Part shown: in pieces, positions 11,578 through 24,195 of the stretch
Layout of the letters: each line of letters begins with the position of its first letter
How positions within the stretch are numbered: position 1 is the first letter of the stretch
NCBI RefSeq assembly: GCF_006345805.1
Contig: NC_043000.1
Span: 75,392,001 to 75,456,000, forward strand
Source: Octopus sinensis
Lineage: Eukaryota
DNA length: 64,000 nt
Reading direction: 5' to 3'
The notes under the pieces: model-generated
Told to the model about the DNA's origin: nothing
The model's database searches: none
The model's input: only the letters and a program-made list of their open reading frames with translations
Program-made: the position numbers and the translations under genes

Positions 11578-14289
11578 CAGTGGTTCCCAAACTATGAGTC
11601 ACGACCCATCTGTGGAGTTATAAAATTACGCATTAGCTTTGATTAACTGCTGTCTATCGAGATAGTTCAAGACATATGTTTTCAATACCAGATTTGTTGT
11701 TTTATCAAGCAGTAGGCTTTTTCACGAACTTAGCAAATCAGAGGTTGTCATTTTCTCAAGTTATTTATTCGTACGTAATCGTAAAAAGTAAAGGTCTGTT
11801 TTTACCTATTTATAGAGAACTTTAGCTAGGCGAAGTATAACACTAATTGAGTCGATAACAGTTACTACTTCAAGGTTTTGTATTAGTGTTAGTATTTACA
11901 CATAGGGTATAGAGATGTTGAAACAGTTATAAAACGTTTTGTTTCACATTTAATATAAATAGCAAAAAATTTAAATAAATAAGACATTATGGATTTCACT
12001 AGTAAGTTTATAAATTATTTAAAAAGTATAGGAGTGATCACCAGGAGGCTATCAATTAGCCAATGAAATGATTGGAATAGACAGCAGCTAGACGGTAGAT
12101 AGATCAAGAGAGTCTATCAGATAAACGGTTTAAATAGCATCACATCGATTGAAATGACATTTATCAGTAATTGTAGAAGTTCGCATGATCCCAAACGTAT
12201 TTTAATTCTGTCAAATCTCTCGGTAAGTCGAAATTATCTGTCCTTCTAAATTCGATTTTTTCGTATTTACTCAGTCCTTCATATTATGGATAAATGGTTA
12301 AAAAAGTCAGTTGAAGCTGATGACGAAGAGTCTTCAGTGAATCGAAATGAAGAAAAGACCAATCAATCAAAACTAAGCCAGTCAAAGCGAAGAAAAGTAT
12401 TAAAAAAGTATGATTACGAGTATTTAAAAAAGGGATTTACATGGAATGGAGTTGAAGAAGATCCACGACCACGATGCATCATTTGTTAGGAACAACTTGC
12501 AAACGAGAGCATGCGTCCAAACAAATTGCGTAGTCATCTTGAAAACACTCCGAGTTAAAAGACAAGCCTCTCGATTTTTTTGAGCGAATGTTAACCAAGT
12601 TAAAGAGAGGACAGAGCGTTATGCAACATTACACCAAAGTAAATGAAAAATCTTTGTATGTGTCTTACTTGATCAGTTTAAGAATCACAAAAACTGGTAA
12701 GCCACACACAATTGGGGAGACTTTAGTTCTTCCAGCTATAAAAGATATAGTTAAAGTTTTCTTTGGTGATAAGAGTGAACAAGAAATTGAATCAATTCCT
12801 ATTTCTAATAACACAGTCATGCGTAGAATTGATGAAATGGATAGAAAATCAAGTTATTGAACGGATTCGTGGAAATCTTTTTTTTTCTTTACAACTCGAT
12901 GAATCTACTGACATACAAGGTTTGTGCCAGCTACTTATTTTTGTACGTTACACATGGAACTTTGTACCTCATGAAGATATGTTATTCTGTGAACCTGTCA
13001 GTCGAAGTACCAGCGATGAAATTTTTAATACAGTTAATACTTACATTAGAGCAAAAAATCTTGATTGGCATAAATGTCTCGGAATATGTACAGACGGCGC
13101 ACGGGCTATGTGCAGTAGAAATAGTGGTGTGGTGACCAGAATACTTGAACTTAATCCCAATGCATCATGGACTCACTGTAACCTTCTCAGGGCAGCATTA
13201 GTATCAAAACATATATCTGATAATTTTGAAAATGTTTTGAATACTTCAGTCAAAATAGTGAACTTTATTAAGTCAAAGCCTTTGCAATCACACCTATTTG
13301 AGAAGTTGTGCGAAGAGATGGGAAGTGATCATAAATCACTTCTTTTGCACGCAGAAATACAATGGCTCTCTAGGGGAAAAGTGTTAACAAGACTTGCAGA
13401 ACTCCGCGAAGAAGTAGCCATATTTTTAGAAGATAAAAGCGATTTTGCGAAATATTTGCACGACAAAGAATTTGTTCTGAGGCTTACGTATTTGGCAGAT
13501 ATTTTTTCGAAATTAAACGACCTGAATTTGTATTTACAAGGAACAGAAGGTATCAGTATATTTGCAATTCATGAGAAAATTCGAGGTTTTATGAAAAAAC
13601 TTGTCTTGTGGAAAAATCATATTAACAACCAAAATTATGACTGTTTTGAAACATTTGAAACTTTTGTAATGGAGAATAAAGCAAAAGTTGATGATGGTCT
13701 AATCATTGAGATATCTGAACACTTGAATAAGTTAAATGAAAGTTTTGAATTTTATTTTCATAAAGAGATGAATACTATGCAACAGAAAAGATGGATTATG
13801 AACCCCTTTCAGCCTGACGTGACGACTGGGATATCAACAAAAGTCGATGAGGAACTTATCGATTTATCCGAAGACTCTTCCTTGAAAATGACTTTTAACA
13901 CCCAAAAATTGGTACAGTTCTGGGCGTCTCTTCAAACCTCGTACCCAATCATTTCCACCGAAGCATTAAAAGTACTTCTCCCTTTCACGTCATCTTATAT
14001 TAGTGAAGCTGGATTTTCAGCAATGGTTGGGATTAAAAGCAAATATCGAAATAAACTGCAGCTCTCAAATTCTTTACTCCTGAAACTATCGCGCATTGAA
14101 CCTGATGTTAATTCTATTATTGAGCGTAGCAAGAAACAGGCTCATCCTTCTCACAGGCCTCACTGATGATGTAATCTGAAATAAATTTGTTAATTTCATT
14201 AATGTTTTTACTCAGTAGAGTTAAGTGAGTCGTCATAAACTGGTGTGATAAATAGTGGGTCGCGACTCTAAAAAGTTTGGGAACCACTG
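11578..14289 (+). mobile_element. Full-length hAT transposon, Buster/Charlie (ZBED5/SCAND3-like) group; transposase pseudogene at about 12286-14166
   Basis: Perfect 16-bp TIR CAGTGGTTCCCAAACT. 8-bp TSD TCGTAGAT/CCGTAGAT with central TA. BED finger (PRCIIC*...MRPNKLRSHL), QLDESTD, CTDGARAMC, W(L)SRG, and C-terminal dimerisation region (LLPFTSSYISEAGFS). One stop and two frameshifts seen. Confidence 0.95.
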
Positions 14290-15204
14290 CCGTAGATCAA
14301 CTGTGGATGTTGTTCTTTAGTTGCAGGACAGCCCTGATTCCTCAGACATGTAGTCAAACGTTGTGATCATCCATGATTTATTCATAGTATATATAGGACT
14401 TCATATAAAGAATGCCCTTCCCTTTTTGAAATGGTGAGGGAGATTTTGCTGTCTCATCATTGGCTTCTGTTGTTGGGAGCCCCGGGTAAGCCTTGACTGA
14501 CAAGTCTATGGTTAAAGGTATTCCATCTTAAACCAATTTATCTTTTTGTGTATCAAGGATTACATTGTCCAATGAGCTCTTCATTTTTAATGCATAAAGA
14601 TATATAGTTTTAAGGAATTTGGCTGCTATTTTTACCATGTTGATCCACTCTGTATAGGCTTCTCCACTGCTGCCTATTGTATCAGTAGAATAGGCAGAGA
14701 GGGAAAACAAAATTTTCTGTCAGCATAAGTAAGTGATCAGAACTCCAGCACCTTAGCATTACAAGTACACTGCCTTGTAACATTATTGAAGATGACAGTT
14801 TTCCATATATCTCTCTGTTTCTCTCTCAATAGATAAAAATCATGTTTCTGAGGAAAGCAACACCCAAGATAATGATTGTTCCATAACTGATAGCTTTGAC
14901 AGGTATGTTGGATCTTGCTATAAAATTTCATTGATTCTGTGATTACATGATCAGTATTGTAGCTGGTGTGTATCAGAAAGGTGTGAAGCACCTTATAATT
15001 AAGGTTGCTTTAGGTGCAGAAAATACACATTTAGTCTATGTAAAAAAATATGCATTCAGTCAGTATAGAAAATATGCAATACAGAATAATTGAAACAGAT
15101 TATTATAGTCCTTAAAATATACAGAATGTAAATATATTTTCTACTTGCCACCAGTAGTTGGCTGTGACCAGTCTGAACAGCATATATTGTAGACCTATGA
15201 TCAA

Positions 15205-16312
15205 CAATCAGTGTTGGCACAATGAAAGGTAGGTTTGGAAAGATAACTGAAATGCTTGAATGGAAACATATTGATGTATGCTGTGTGAAAGAGATATGAT
15301 GGAGGGGAGCCTCAACTAGACTGCTTACATGCAAGAGACATAGAGGTTTTCTAGGTGGGCAGTAATGATGGCCTAACAGAGAAATGGGTGGATGAGGTGA
15401 CTGAGATTGTCAGACTACATGATAGGATTATTAAATTAAGAATACCCATGTTTGATGTAACAGTGTCAGTTATCTCTGCATGCCAGTCTCGCAGATACCC
15501 AGAAGGACCACTTCTATGAATCCTTTCTGAGAACACCCCCAGTGATGAAAGACAATGACATTCTCATCATGGCAAGTAACTTCAATGGATATATTGGAAG
15601 GCACCCCAATGAATTTCAGGGTATTCATGGAAGCTATGGCTTTGGCTCTAGATATGAGGAGGGAACAAGGCTGCTGGAGTTTTGTGATGCCCATGGTTTA
15701 CTGATCTGCAATACCAACTTCAGGAAACCTGCCAACCGTCTGATCATTTATTAATCTGGTGGAAACACTAGCCAGATTGACTATATTCTCACCAGGCACA
15801 AGGACAGGTGTATGCTCATAAATGCAAAATCTTTCCTGGGTGAAGAATGTACAACTCAACATAGGCTATTGGTTAGTGACTTCAGACTTAGGGTCAGAAG
15901 AATTCAGAGATGCAAGCTGATATGGAAAAAGAGGTTGTGGAAGTTCAAGGATCTTTCAAATGGACTAAGATTTAAAGATGTTCTTAATGAAGTCTTTGAT
16001 GAGAAGGAAGAAGAGATAGAAACATGCAACATAGAGGACAATTGGAAGTTCCTATGTGACAATCTACTGAGGGTGACAGACCAAATCTGTGGTTAGAGCA
16101 AAACCTTTGCTAGACCTAGGGTGACATGGTGGTGGAACAGTGATGTTGACAAGGCCATAAAAGAGAAGAGGTGGGTCTGGAAAGAATGGAAAAGTGGAGC
16201 GAGGTAGTAAAGAATCATATCAGAAAGCTGAAAGGAAGCCAGGCATCAGGTTTATGTTGCTAGGGCAGAAACAGAAAAGAAGAGGTTTGCTCATGTCCTA
16301 AAACATAATGAT
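15205..16312 (+). mobile_element. Decayed RTE LINE fragment (APE endonuclease and linker)
   Basis: ORFs ASNFNGYIGRH...GTRLLEFCDAH...NTNFRKP and GEECTTQHRLLVSDFR align by eye to the 55472-56401 RTE ORF. Confidence 0.85.
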
Positions 16313-16860
16313 GACAGAGACTTGAAGCTCTCCACTCTTCTCCCATTACTCATTCTCCTCTGTCTCACCCTACTCTCCACTCTTTCTTCTCATATCCCAA
16401 TCCCCCCTCTCTCTTTCCATTCACTGTAAAGGCAACAGATGAACAATAAAGATGTTTCAGGAGCATAGCACAAAACATTGTGTGGCGGCTAACTGATTAA
16501 GCTACATCAGATTCAAAATCAGAGCCATGCCTACCAACACACAAGGCTTCCACAAATATGTCCAGGATGGCTTTCAATGACACATGAGTAAATATAATAC
16601 TAATTTTATTACATGCAATCAAGCTGTATGCATGGCACTCACTGAAATATATCTAACACTTGACAGAGAAATACACATACCAAAATATGTTGTATTACAA
16701 ACCAACAGGAAAGAATGGAGTCATGGTGAAGCTGTGAAGATCTCATACCTCTGGTCCAGCTTTTATATTCAAATTTAGTATGTGACACACTAATAGTACA
16801 TGTAAGACAAATCAAAATAGTTGTATATACTACATACTACAGGTACTCTGTTCATTATAA

Positions 16861-17143
16861 TGATGAGGGTTCCAGTTGATCCTATATTTAACATATAGGT
16901 GGTTGAGCACTCCTCAAACATGTATACCCTTAACATAGTTCTCAGGGAGATTCAGCATGACATATAATGTGGTAAAGTTGACCCTTTCATTTACAGATAC
17001 AAATCACTTTTGCCTGCTGAGTGTACTGGAGCAATGTGAAATAAAGTGTCTTGCTCAAAGGGCATGACATGCTGCCAGAAATTGTGCTCATGACCTTACG
17101 GCCATGAGCCAGATACCCTAACCTCTAAGCCACACTCCTTCAC
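16861..17143 (-). mobile_element. tRNA-derived SINE, second family
   Basis: Minus strand begins GTGAAGGAGTGTGGCTTAGAGGTTAGGG (A-box-like). Body contains the CAAGACACTTTATTTCACATTGCTCCAG motif. Confidence 0.6.
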
Positions 17144-17169
17144 TTACGTACTATATGTCGCTCACCAAA

Positions 17170-18560
17170 TGTTCCAAATTATATGAAGAGATTTGAAAAC
17201 TGCCTCACAGAAATAGAAGTACTAACCAAACTGGATCAACACATAAGTATACATCTTATAGGAAGCATCAACCTACTCAATGTTAAATAATCCAATGACC
17301 ATATTCTCTCAGGAATGATGATGTGAGCAAAAACAAGCAGAAATCCTGCTCAAGATCACCCTGTTATTTATGGAGCTAGTGTTAATGCTACCTAACCAGA
17401 GTAAACAATATTCTGTGTCTCTGCTTCACAACTAATATGAAAATTATTCACAATGTAAAAGTGATACCAAAATTAGTCTTGGATCACAGTATAGTAGAGC
17501 TGAGAATGTATGGGCCAAAGGAAGTTGAAGACATGCAGGCTATAAGAAGCACCTAGATTCTAGTCTGAGCTTGCACAAAGCAAACTGAAAATTAATACAG
17601 AAAGAGATTCTTAAATAGAATTTTCAAAAGTGTTTCTCCACATTTAATATCAACATGAAACTTAATTCATGTCAGTAACGTAAACCATATTTTTGTCCTA
17701 CAGAGAAAAGCTAACCTGCATAGTAACAAATTTCCCAGAGAGAAAGATGTGCAATACTCCATTGAAAAAGCTAGGATTATAGAAAATATAATAATGAATC
17801 CTAAAGCTTTCTTTAAATTTGCTAAAGATTGGCCTCATTGGATTGCAAGGTAGGGCCACACTTCCAAGAAAATGACTCCTTAACCACAGACTCCAAAAGT
17901 ATAAGTGAAATACTAAATGAGCAATTCAAAAGTGTTTTCACCTCCCCACATGCAAATGAGTAAACCAGTTGTGTTCATTGACACTACAACTGTACAGTCA
18001 ATTACTAAGATGGCTGTTGATGAAATAAGCCTAAACTCAGCTACTAGCTACTAAGTAGCACCCGACATGTTTGTTGACCAGGAAAAAGGTATCTGATACA
18101 ACTCCTACAACATGATGACTTGCTGTTAAAATAGTTGTGCAACCATTTAATTGTGGCTCTGATTATTTTGGTTTTTTGAAGGCCTTTGATAAAGAATGAT
18201 GTTACAAACTGCATGATCTCAGCATAATTGGAAAACTGGAGGACTTTTAAAAATACAGAGGTCAAGTGGTAGTAGCCAATGGGATCATTGCCCTGGAAAC
18301 ATTAATAGTGAACAGACTCACAGAGTAGTTATGGGGCCACTGCTGTTCTTAGTGACTCTCTCAGACAGTCACCCTCACTAGCCATGGAGTCAATACAAAA
18401 GTATTACAGTAACCCTGGAGATTCTATGCACTTGCTATATGATATATATAAGTGGAGTGAATAAAATAACATGCAATTTAATGCTGAAAAATTTCAAGCC
18501 TTCTGCTATCAGCATACAAAGTTAAATGTGATGGAGACAAAATATAACATGTTGAGAGCG
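17170..18560 (+). mobile_element. Highly decayed CR1/L2-like LINE remnant
   Basis: Peptide remnants NIIMNPKAFFKFAK, SEILNEQFKSVFT, KAFDK, VMGPLLFLV and NMQFNAEKFQ. Confidence 0.7.
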
Positions 18561-19868
18561 ACATCTGAATATTCTTGTACATGTAAATTTTGTTTTTCTT
18601 TGAGAAATATTAGGCAAATTTCACTAATAAAAATTATATTGTACAGTGCATTTTATTTTGTAGACTATTAAAGTCTGATGTGATGGGTTTTTATTCTCTT
18701 TCCAATTTTGAATGCAGTCAGATAATTTGTGGTAGTGTTTATATATTTGTTTTGTGTTTTTTTCTCTCTCCTACTAAGTTTGCTGTAAGTTACAGATGGT
18801 TTTGATGCCTTTAATTTATGCTTTTAATGCTAAAGCAAGGCATTAATTTTCAAATTTTTGTTTGTTTATTTTTAATCTAGGGCTACATGCAATTCTGAGA
18901 AAGGTGGTTGGGGAATGTTCTACAAAGAACAGCTGAATCTTCCTTAAGCACACCTTTTTGTTTGAAAATGCTGATTTTAATTTTTTTTTTTTTACCAAAA
19001 AAGGCTTCTTTTTATGAGTGTAGTGTAAAAAAATTTTTTAGTTGGCCAAAATCAGTCTGGAGTGGGTTGAAAAAAATATAGATTTCAAAAAATATTTCTC
19101 ATAAAAAGTTTTCCCCCATCATTTCCAAGGCTGTGATGAAAAAAAAATTGGGAGAATCCCCATCAGAACAGAAAATCCAACATGTGGGCGTCCTGATTTG
19201 AAACTGCCATTTATAACCATTTTTTATAGTCCATTGAAATTTTATTGAAAGGGTATCATGTCCTAAAATTTCAGGATATATTGAGTTCTCTACCTACTAC
19301 AAATGTACCAAAACTCAAGTCCTTGTGGCCTATATTCTTGGATCTAGCTAAGTTTGAAAACACTATGAAATTGATTGTTTGTTACATGTAACAAAATAGG
19401 CTTTACATAAATATTTTTTTTAATTGTCCAAAAAAAACATGAAAAAAAGGAAACTGCTATGCCATGAACACTATTAATTTGTGTAATTTGAAGATGATTA
19501 TTACCTCAGTTTCAAAGAAATGACATCACAAATATGGCTAATTAGGCAAGATTTCAACCAATTCTTTCGGCTTTGCAGCAAGCATCAAGCCCAACCAGCT
19601 TACCTTTGGTGTCTCAAAAATATGAAGCAGACTTCATTGTTTTCTTTGAAAAGTCAAAGTATTTAAGTAAAAAGACACCAGTATAGTGTTAACTGTATGA
19701 GAAAGTGGAATGTACTTATGTGTTTTACAGGGTCAGCAGCTGTTGTGGGCTGAAGTAGTTTGTGACCTGAAGTGAAGGGCTGGCCTTTGAGATGCAGTTT
19801 TAGCTATGTTATTAATTTATGGTCAAATACAGGTTCAAATAATCAAAATCTATCAATTTCTTTGTCAG

Positions 19869-19974
19869 GTGTCCTTGGAAGAAGAAAGACTATCCCTATG
19901 CCTATGATACTGTGGTTCGTAAGAAGCATGACAGAAGACTGTTAAATGGATATACATGTCAAGAATGTGTTGAA
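19869..19974 (+). CDS. RBBP8: CtIP/RBBP8 exon, SAE2 domain start (CPWKKKDYPYAYDTVVRKKHDRRLLNGYTCQECVE)
   Basis: Acceptor TTTCTTTGTCAG|, donor GAA|GTAAGT. Matches the CtIP motif [20 protein letters not shown], including the CxxC. Confidence 0.92.
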
Positions 19975-20044
19975 GTAAGTTGACAGCATAGCTTTACTAA
20001 ATTCTAATTTCAAATATCTATTGGTAATTCTTGAATGTGTGTAT

Positions 20045-20290
20045 CATCATCATTATTTTACATTTGCTTTCCATGATGGTATGGGTCGGATGGGTTGTCA
20101 CATTCTGATTAGTTCTCACTACCTTCCGAGACAGGTTTGCAGACCACATGCCCTTTCTATCACCAACCACTTTACAGAGTGTATTAGATTCATTTTGTCA
20201 GGGCACCAGCACAAGTGAGCTCGCCATGCCTTCAAGAAGACTAAAGGGGTCTCTTGACCCTATGTTTTCTCCACTTGTTCTGCAACTACA
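20045..20290 (-). mobile_element. RTE-type 3' tail / UTR fragment
   Basis: CATCATCATTATTTTACATTTGCTTTCCATG is the reverse complement of a degenerate GCATGGAAAGC...GATGATG tail. Confidence 0.5.
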
Positions 20291-21348
20291 TTGATATCGG
20301 CACAAGTTGCTTTGTACGGTGCAAGACAAATTTTCACTGCTTAATGTTGACACCCTGTGTTCCAAATGTGGTTAATATAGTGGATAGAATAGAAAGCATT
20401 TGCAAAAGTGAGGTGGAGAAAGGGGTACCTGAGTGTAAAGAGAGAAATGGTAGTTGAGGTGACCATATGGAAGTGAAAGCAGAAGATGGACTTAGGTGAA
20501 ATTAAGAAAGAAGCTGTGAAGGAAGACACAAGTGATTAAGACAACAATATAGAAGATAGGGAAATGAAAGAGACAGTGATGACAGAAGGCAGTGAGATAG
20601 AGTGAGAAGTATGAAAATGCTTGGTGGTAAGAGGATGTAATTGATGTCAATGAGTGACCTTAAGTAGGTGGGGTAGCAGCAATAAGTATCAGAGGGGCGA
20701 TATTTGCTGGTCGGAGAGTGCAAGTAACAAATAATCAAGATAGTGTTAGAAGAAAGTAATATCATTAAGGGAATGTAATGGATGCTGACAGATTCAATGC
20801 AATTATTTTTTCACTCAGTAAGGTTAAATGGTGATAAGTTGGGGATTACATGTAAATAGATCTCAATGTTTCTCTCATTACATGGGTGGCATAATGTAGT
20901 GAACAGGAGGGGCAATAAATAAGGGTGTAATGAAAAAGCAAGAGGACAAAAAATAGAGACATAGGTACAAAATAGGCAAAAGGCCCAGATGTAGAAATAT
21001 TTTATATATTCCAGCTTCCATCATTACCTAAATTTTATCACATTTTGTCATACTTGCACAGATGGTTGGAACTTCTCTCACACAGCATTTTGCTAATTGT
21101 CACAATCCTTTGTCATCTCCTTCATAAGATGCAAAATTGTGTGTTTGAATGTATATGACTAGATAGTGATGTTTATATCCAAGAATGTGTATTGTATCTC
21201 GCTGTGAAGATGTGTCTTTACATGTGAGGACATAATCCCTCTGATAAATAAACCTCTGTAATAGATATGTTATCACTCTCTTTCTCTCTCACATTTACAT
21301 GCTCTCTCCTCTTCTTTCTTCCATTATTAAAAATTTCTCTTGTTTCAG

Positions 21349-21496
21349 TATTACAAAACAAAAGGTCTCTCTGCTGAGGAAATTAGCAAACAGATTGGAG
21401 ATTGTTCAAAACACCGAGCAAAATACAAACCTCCCAACACACCAGAACATTTTTGGTCTGTTGGATTTCCTGATACAGAAGAATGTGAAAAAAGAG
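21349..21496 (+). CDS. RBBP8: CtIP/RBBP8 exon, SAE2 core (YYKTKGLSAEEISKQIGDCSKHRAKYKPPNTPEHFWSVGFPDTEECEKR)
   Basis: Acceptor TTTCTCTTGTTTCAG|, donor AG|GTAACA. In phase with the previous exon. Matches human [32 protein letters not shown]. Confidence 0.95.
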
Positions 21497-21739
21497 GTAA
21501 CAAAACTTAAAATTTCCAACTTACCCAAAACCAAATTATTCCCTGTTGTTTGTTTACTTACCATTATAAATTGTTATATCACTGAAAGATTGGATGTTTT
21601 GTTTGATTTGTGACACATTTCTGGTAATACTGTGGCACATGGTAGAATTCTCCCCAGATATATAACTGCAATTAGATCTTAATATAGCGCCCTCTATTCA
21701 TACAATTAGAAATGCTAGTAAATCTTTCATTTCAGGTAT

Positions 21740-22720
21740 GAAGTGCTCCATACATAGTTAAGGCTTTTCTGTCTAATACCTCTGTTTAATTTTTTTCCAA
21801 TCCACTATTTCAGCACTATAATGCATAATAGCAACTATCCACATGTTGATTGCATTTATCATCATCTTTGAATTAAATTTGAACTTCATTAAAAGCTTTA
21901 ATCTTTTCAAACATATTATTTTCACTTTTCTTTTGATCTCTTTATGCGTAATATCATAGAATTTCAGTTTATCTTGATACCTGTATTCATTGTCATTGGG
22001 TTCTAAAATCTATCCAAATGTTTATTCCATTAAAAGGACTCTGTTCTGTCTCTTCATTGTTAAATTCCATTACAGTATCACTGCAGCACAATTTTATTGT
22101 TTTAACAAATGAATTACCTTTTTTTAACTTTGCAGATATCTTCAAGTCATCCATGAGTAATAGATGATTTAGAGGGGATTCATTTCTCCAAAGTTTATAG
22201 TTCATGTTGACTTTACTAAGTTTCGCTGAAATAGGTATTAACATAAATAACAAGAGTAAGAAAATGTCACCCTGTAAGATATCACTTTTAATGACAACGC
22301 TTCCCACTGATTTCATGTTCACTATAGAGTTTGTTTTGCAGTGCGTCATAGTAACATCCAAGATGTTGATGAGCTTTGCTAAACATTCTGAGTAACATGT
22401 CATAGGCCTTTTTTTATGTTGATGCATACAATGCTCAGATTAGTCTGGTATTGTTGTCATTGATACTGTGATGGAGCCTGTTTGGATTTTTTTCTAACCA
22501 ATTTCTTATAATAATTGTGATCATATTCCATATTGGTATAGCAGTCTTTTGTCATCTCTCCTGTGAGATCTTTCTCCTGAGGTTTGACCTTCCTCTGCTG
22601 TAGGTATTCTTCACAGATAGCATACAGAACCTTTCATGTCTTATATCCTTACTAGTACAGTCAACTCCCCTAGATGGAATTGTTAACATGTCTTGCAGTA
22701 CCTTTTGTGACTTTTGCTAA
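21740..22720 (-). mobile_element. Decayed non-LTR retrotransposon RT fragment, R4/Dong-like
   Basis: ORF 21993-22427 contains ILQGDIFLLLLF and LNHLLLMDDLKI (cf. GIFQGDSLSPLLF and HLLFMDDLKL). Confidence 0.65.
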
Positions 22721-22984
22721 TGAAAAATGATAAAAATGTATGTATCTCTGTATTAAATAGCTTATTTGAGATTAAAATTTGTAAGCAGTTACAAACATAT
22801 TTTTAGTAAGTTTATATTTAATCTTTCTGTAAAGGTAAATCCTGTAGTTAAACCTCAGTATTATTAGCAACCAAAATGAAATGTCTGCCAACAATGAACC
22901 CTTAGATAAACCAGTTATATCAGCAACCAAAATGGAAAATTGAATCAACTAGTTTTGTTTTGTCTTAAATGTCATTAGTTATTC

Positions 22985-23990
22985 ACTTACTTTCTTCTAT
23001 ACTGTGACTGAATGCCTCCTTCCATGACATCATTCTTTGTTTGAGGACTCGGATGTTGTGTTTAAGAGTAGTTGACAAGTCCAGTGTGAACATAAAACAT
23101 TTTGTTGCATGCTGGGCAGATGTGATGAAAATTATGTATTCATTATGCTGAATAGCTCCCTCTTCAAGCTCTACTTGCATAGCTTCCTCTTCAGTACAGC
23201 GTGTCCCATCCTGGTTTTGCTCAGATGTAATGATACCTTTCCTAATGAGGCTGTGTCAGCTAGCTCAACTGTAAAGCTTTTTCATGATGTTGGATTGATG
23301 CTGAAATCTTATAAGAAGTTGAGTGTCCTCACTCTGTTTGCACTGTTTATCAACCAATCATTCTTCCACTCAGTTATAGAAAAGATATTTCAGAAGGTGT
23401 TCCTTATCCATCCTGGAAAGGTGGTCAGACCAGCATGATTGGGATCTGTAGAAAATAGTGTAGATGTTTAACAATATTATGCAATTGAGAGGCTCGGTGT
23501 TTATAACCTTGTCTTATCAATACATGTGCAGCCGGAGCTTATTGAAATTATTGGTGAGTCTGCTGTAAATTGTTTACATCTCACTGATATACACCAAGTT
23601 GGCAGACAATGGCTCTGTGGACTTTTGACTTTGTTTGGAGATTGAGATTGTTCCTTTCAGATGTTTTTGTAAAGGTCTATCAAAGGTGTTGCTGGCTTTG
23701 GCATCAACTTTATCATTGATGTTACCGTTTCTTGAGAGAGTGCTGTCAAAGCTTGCTAAAACTATACACTGTGTTGGTATCCCATTTACAGAGTCAATTT
23801 CATATTGCCAATATTCTATGGATGTGTTTAAGTTTGTCCTATCATTGCATTCTTTCACAGCAATTGAGAGAAAAGAAGTGAACCTAGATGAGACTTTAAT
23901 GAAAATGCAACCTGACAGACATTTCATCCTGGTTACTGAGATCTCTGTGTTTAATCCACTGTCAATTTTGACAGTGAGGTTAAGCATATG
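22985..23990 (-). mobile_element. Decayed BovB/RTE-like LINE 3' end
   Basis: Minus-strand remnants LSRNGNINDKVDAKASNTFDR, QDKVINTE and DFSINPTS, plus a degenerate C-terminal zinc-finger region. Confidence 0.65.
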
Positions 23991-24055
23991 TTTATAAAAT
24001 ATTGTTGTAACCCTAATTACAAATATATATATGTTTTTACTTTTTGTGGCTTTAG

Positions 24056-24195
24056 GGTACTTTACAACAGAAAGCAAACCATCTAAAGGCAAAAACCATA
24101 AAAAAGAAACAGATGTCAAGGAAAAGAATGATGAATACAGAATGACACAACTGTTGAATTATTTAGATTCGTCTGGAAGTGAAGAAGATGATTAA
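24056..24195 (+). CDS. RBBP8: CtIP/RBBP8 terminal coding exon (GYFTTESKPSKG...SSGSEEDD*)
   Basis: Acceptor TTTTTGTGGCTTTAG|. The phase-1 join restores the conserved RGY after the SAE2 core. Open to TAA at 24193-24195. Confidence 0.8.

Noticed and set aside
18940-19460. Possible DNA-transposon end fragment
   Set aside because: The AT-tract pattern is suggestive, but no TIR partner or TSD could be identified.
20380-20960. Possible minus-strand Penelope N-terminal fragment
   Set aside because: Only a weak compositional resemblance with no diagnostic motif; left unannotated.
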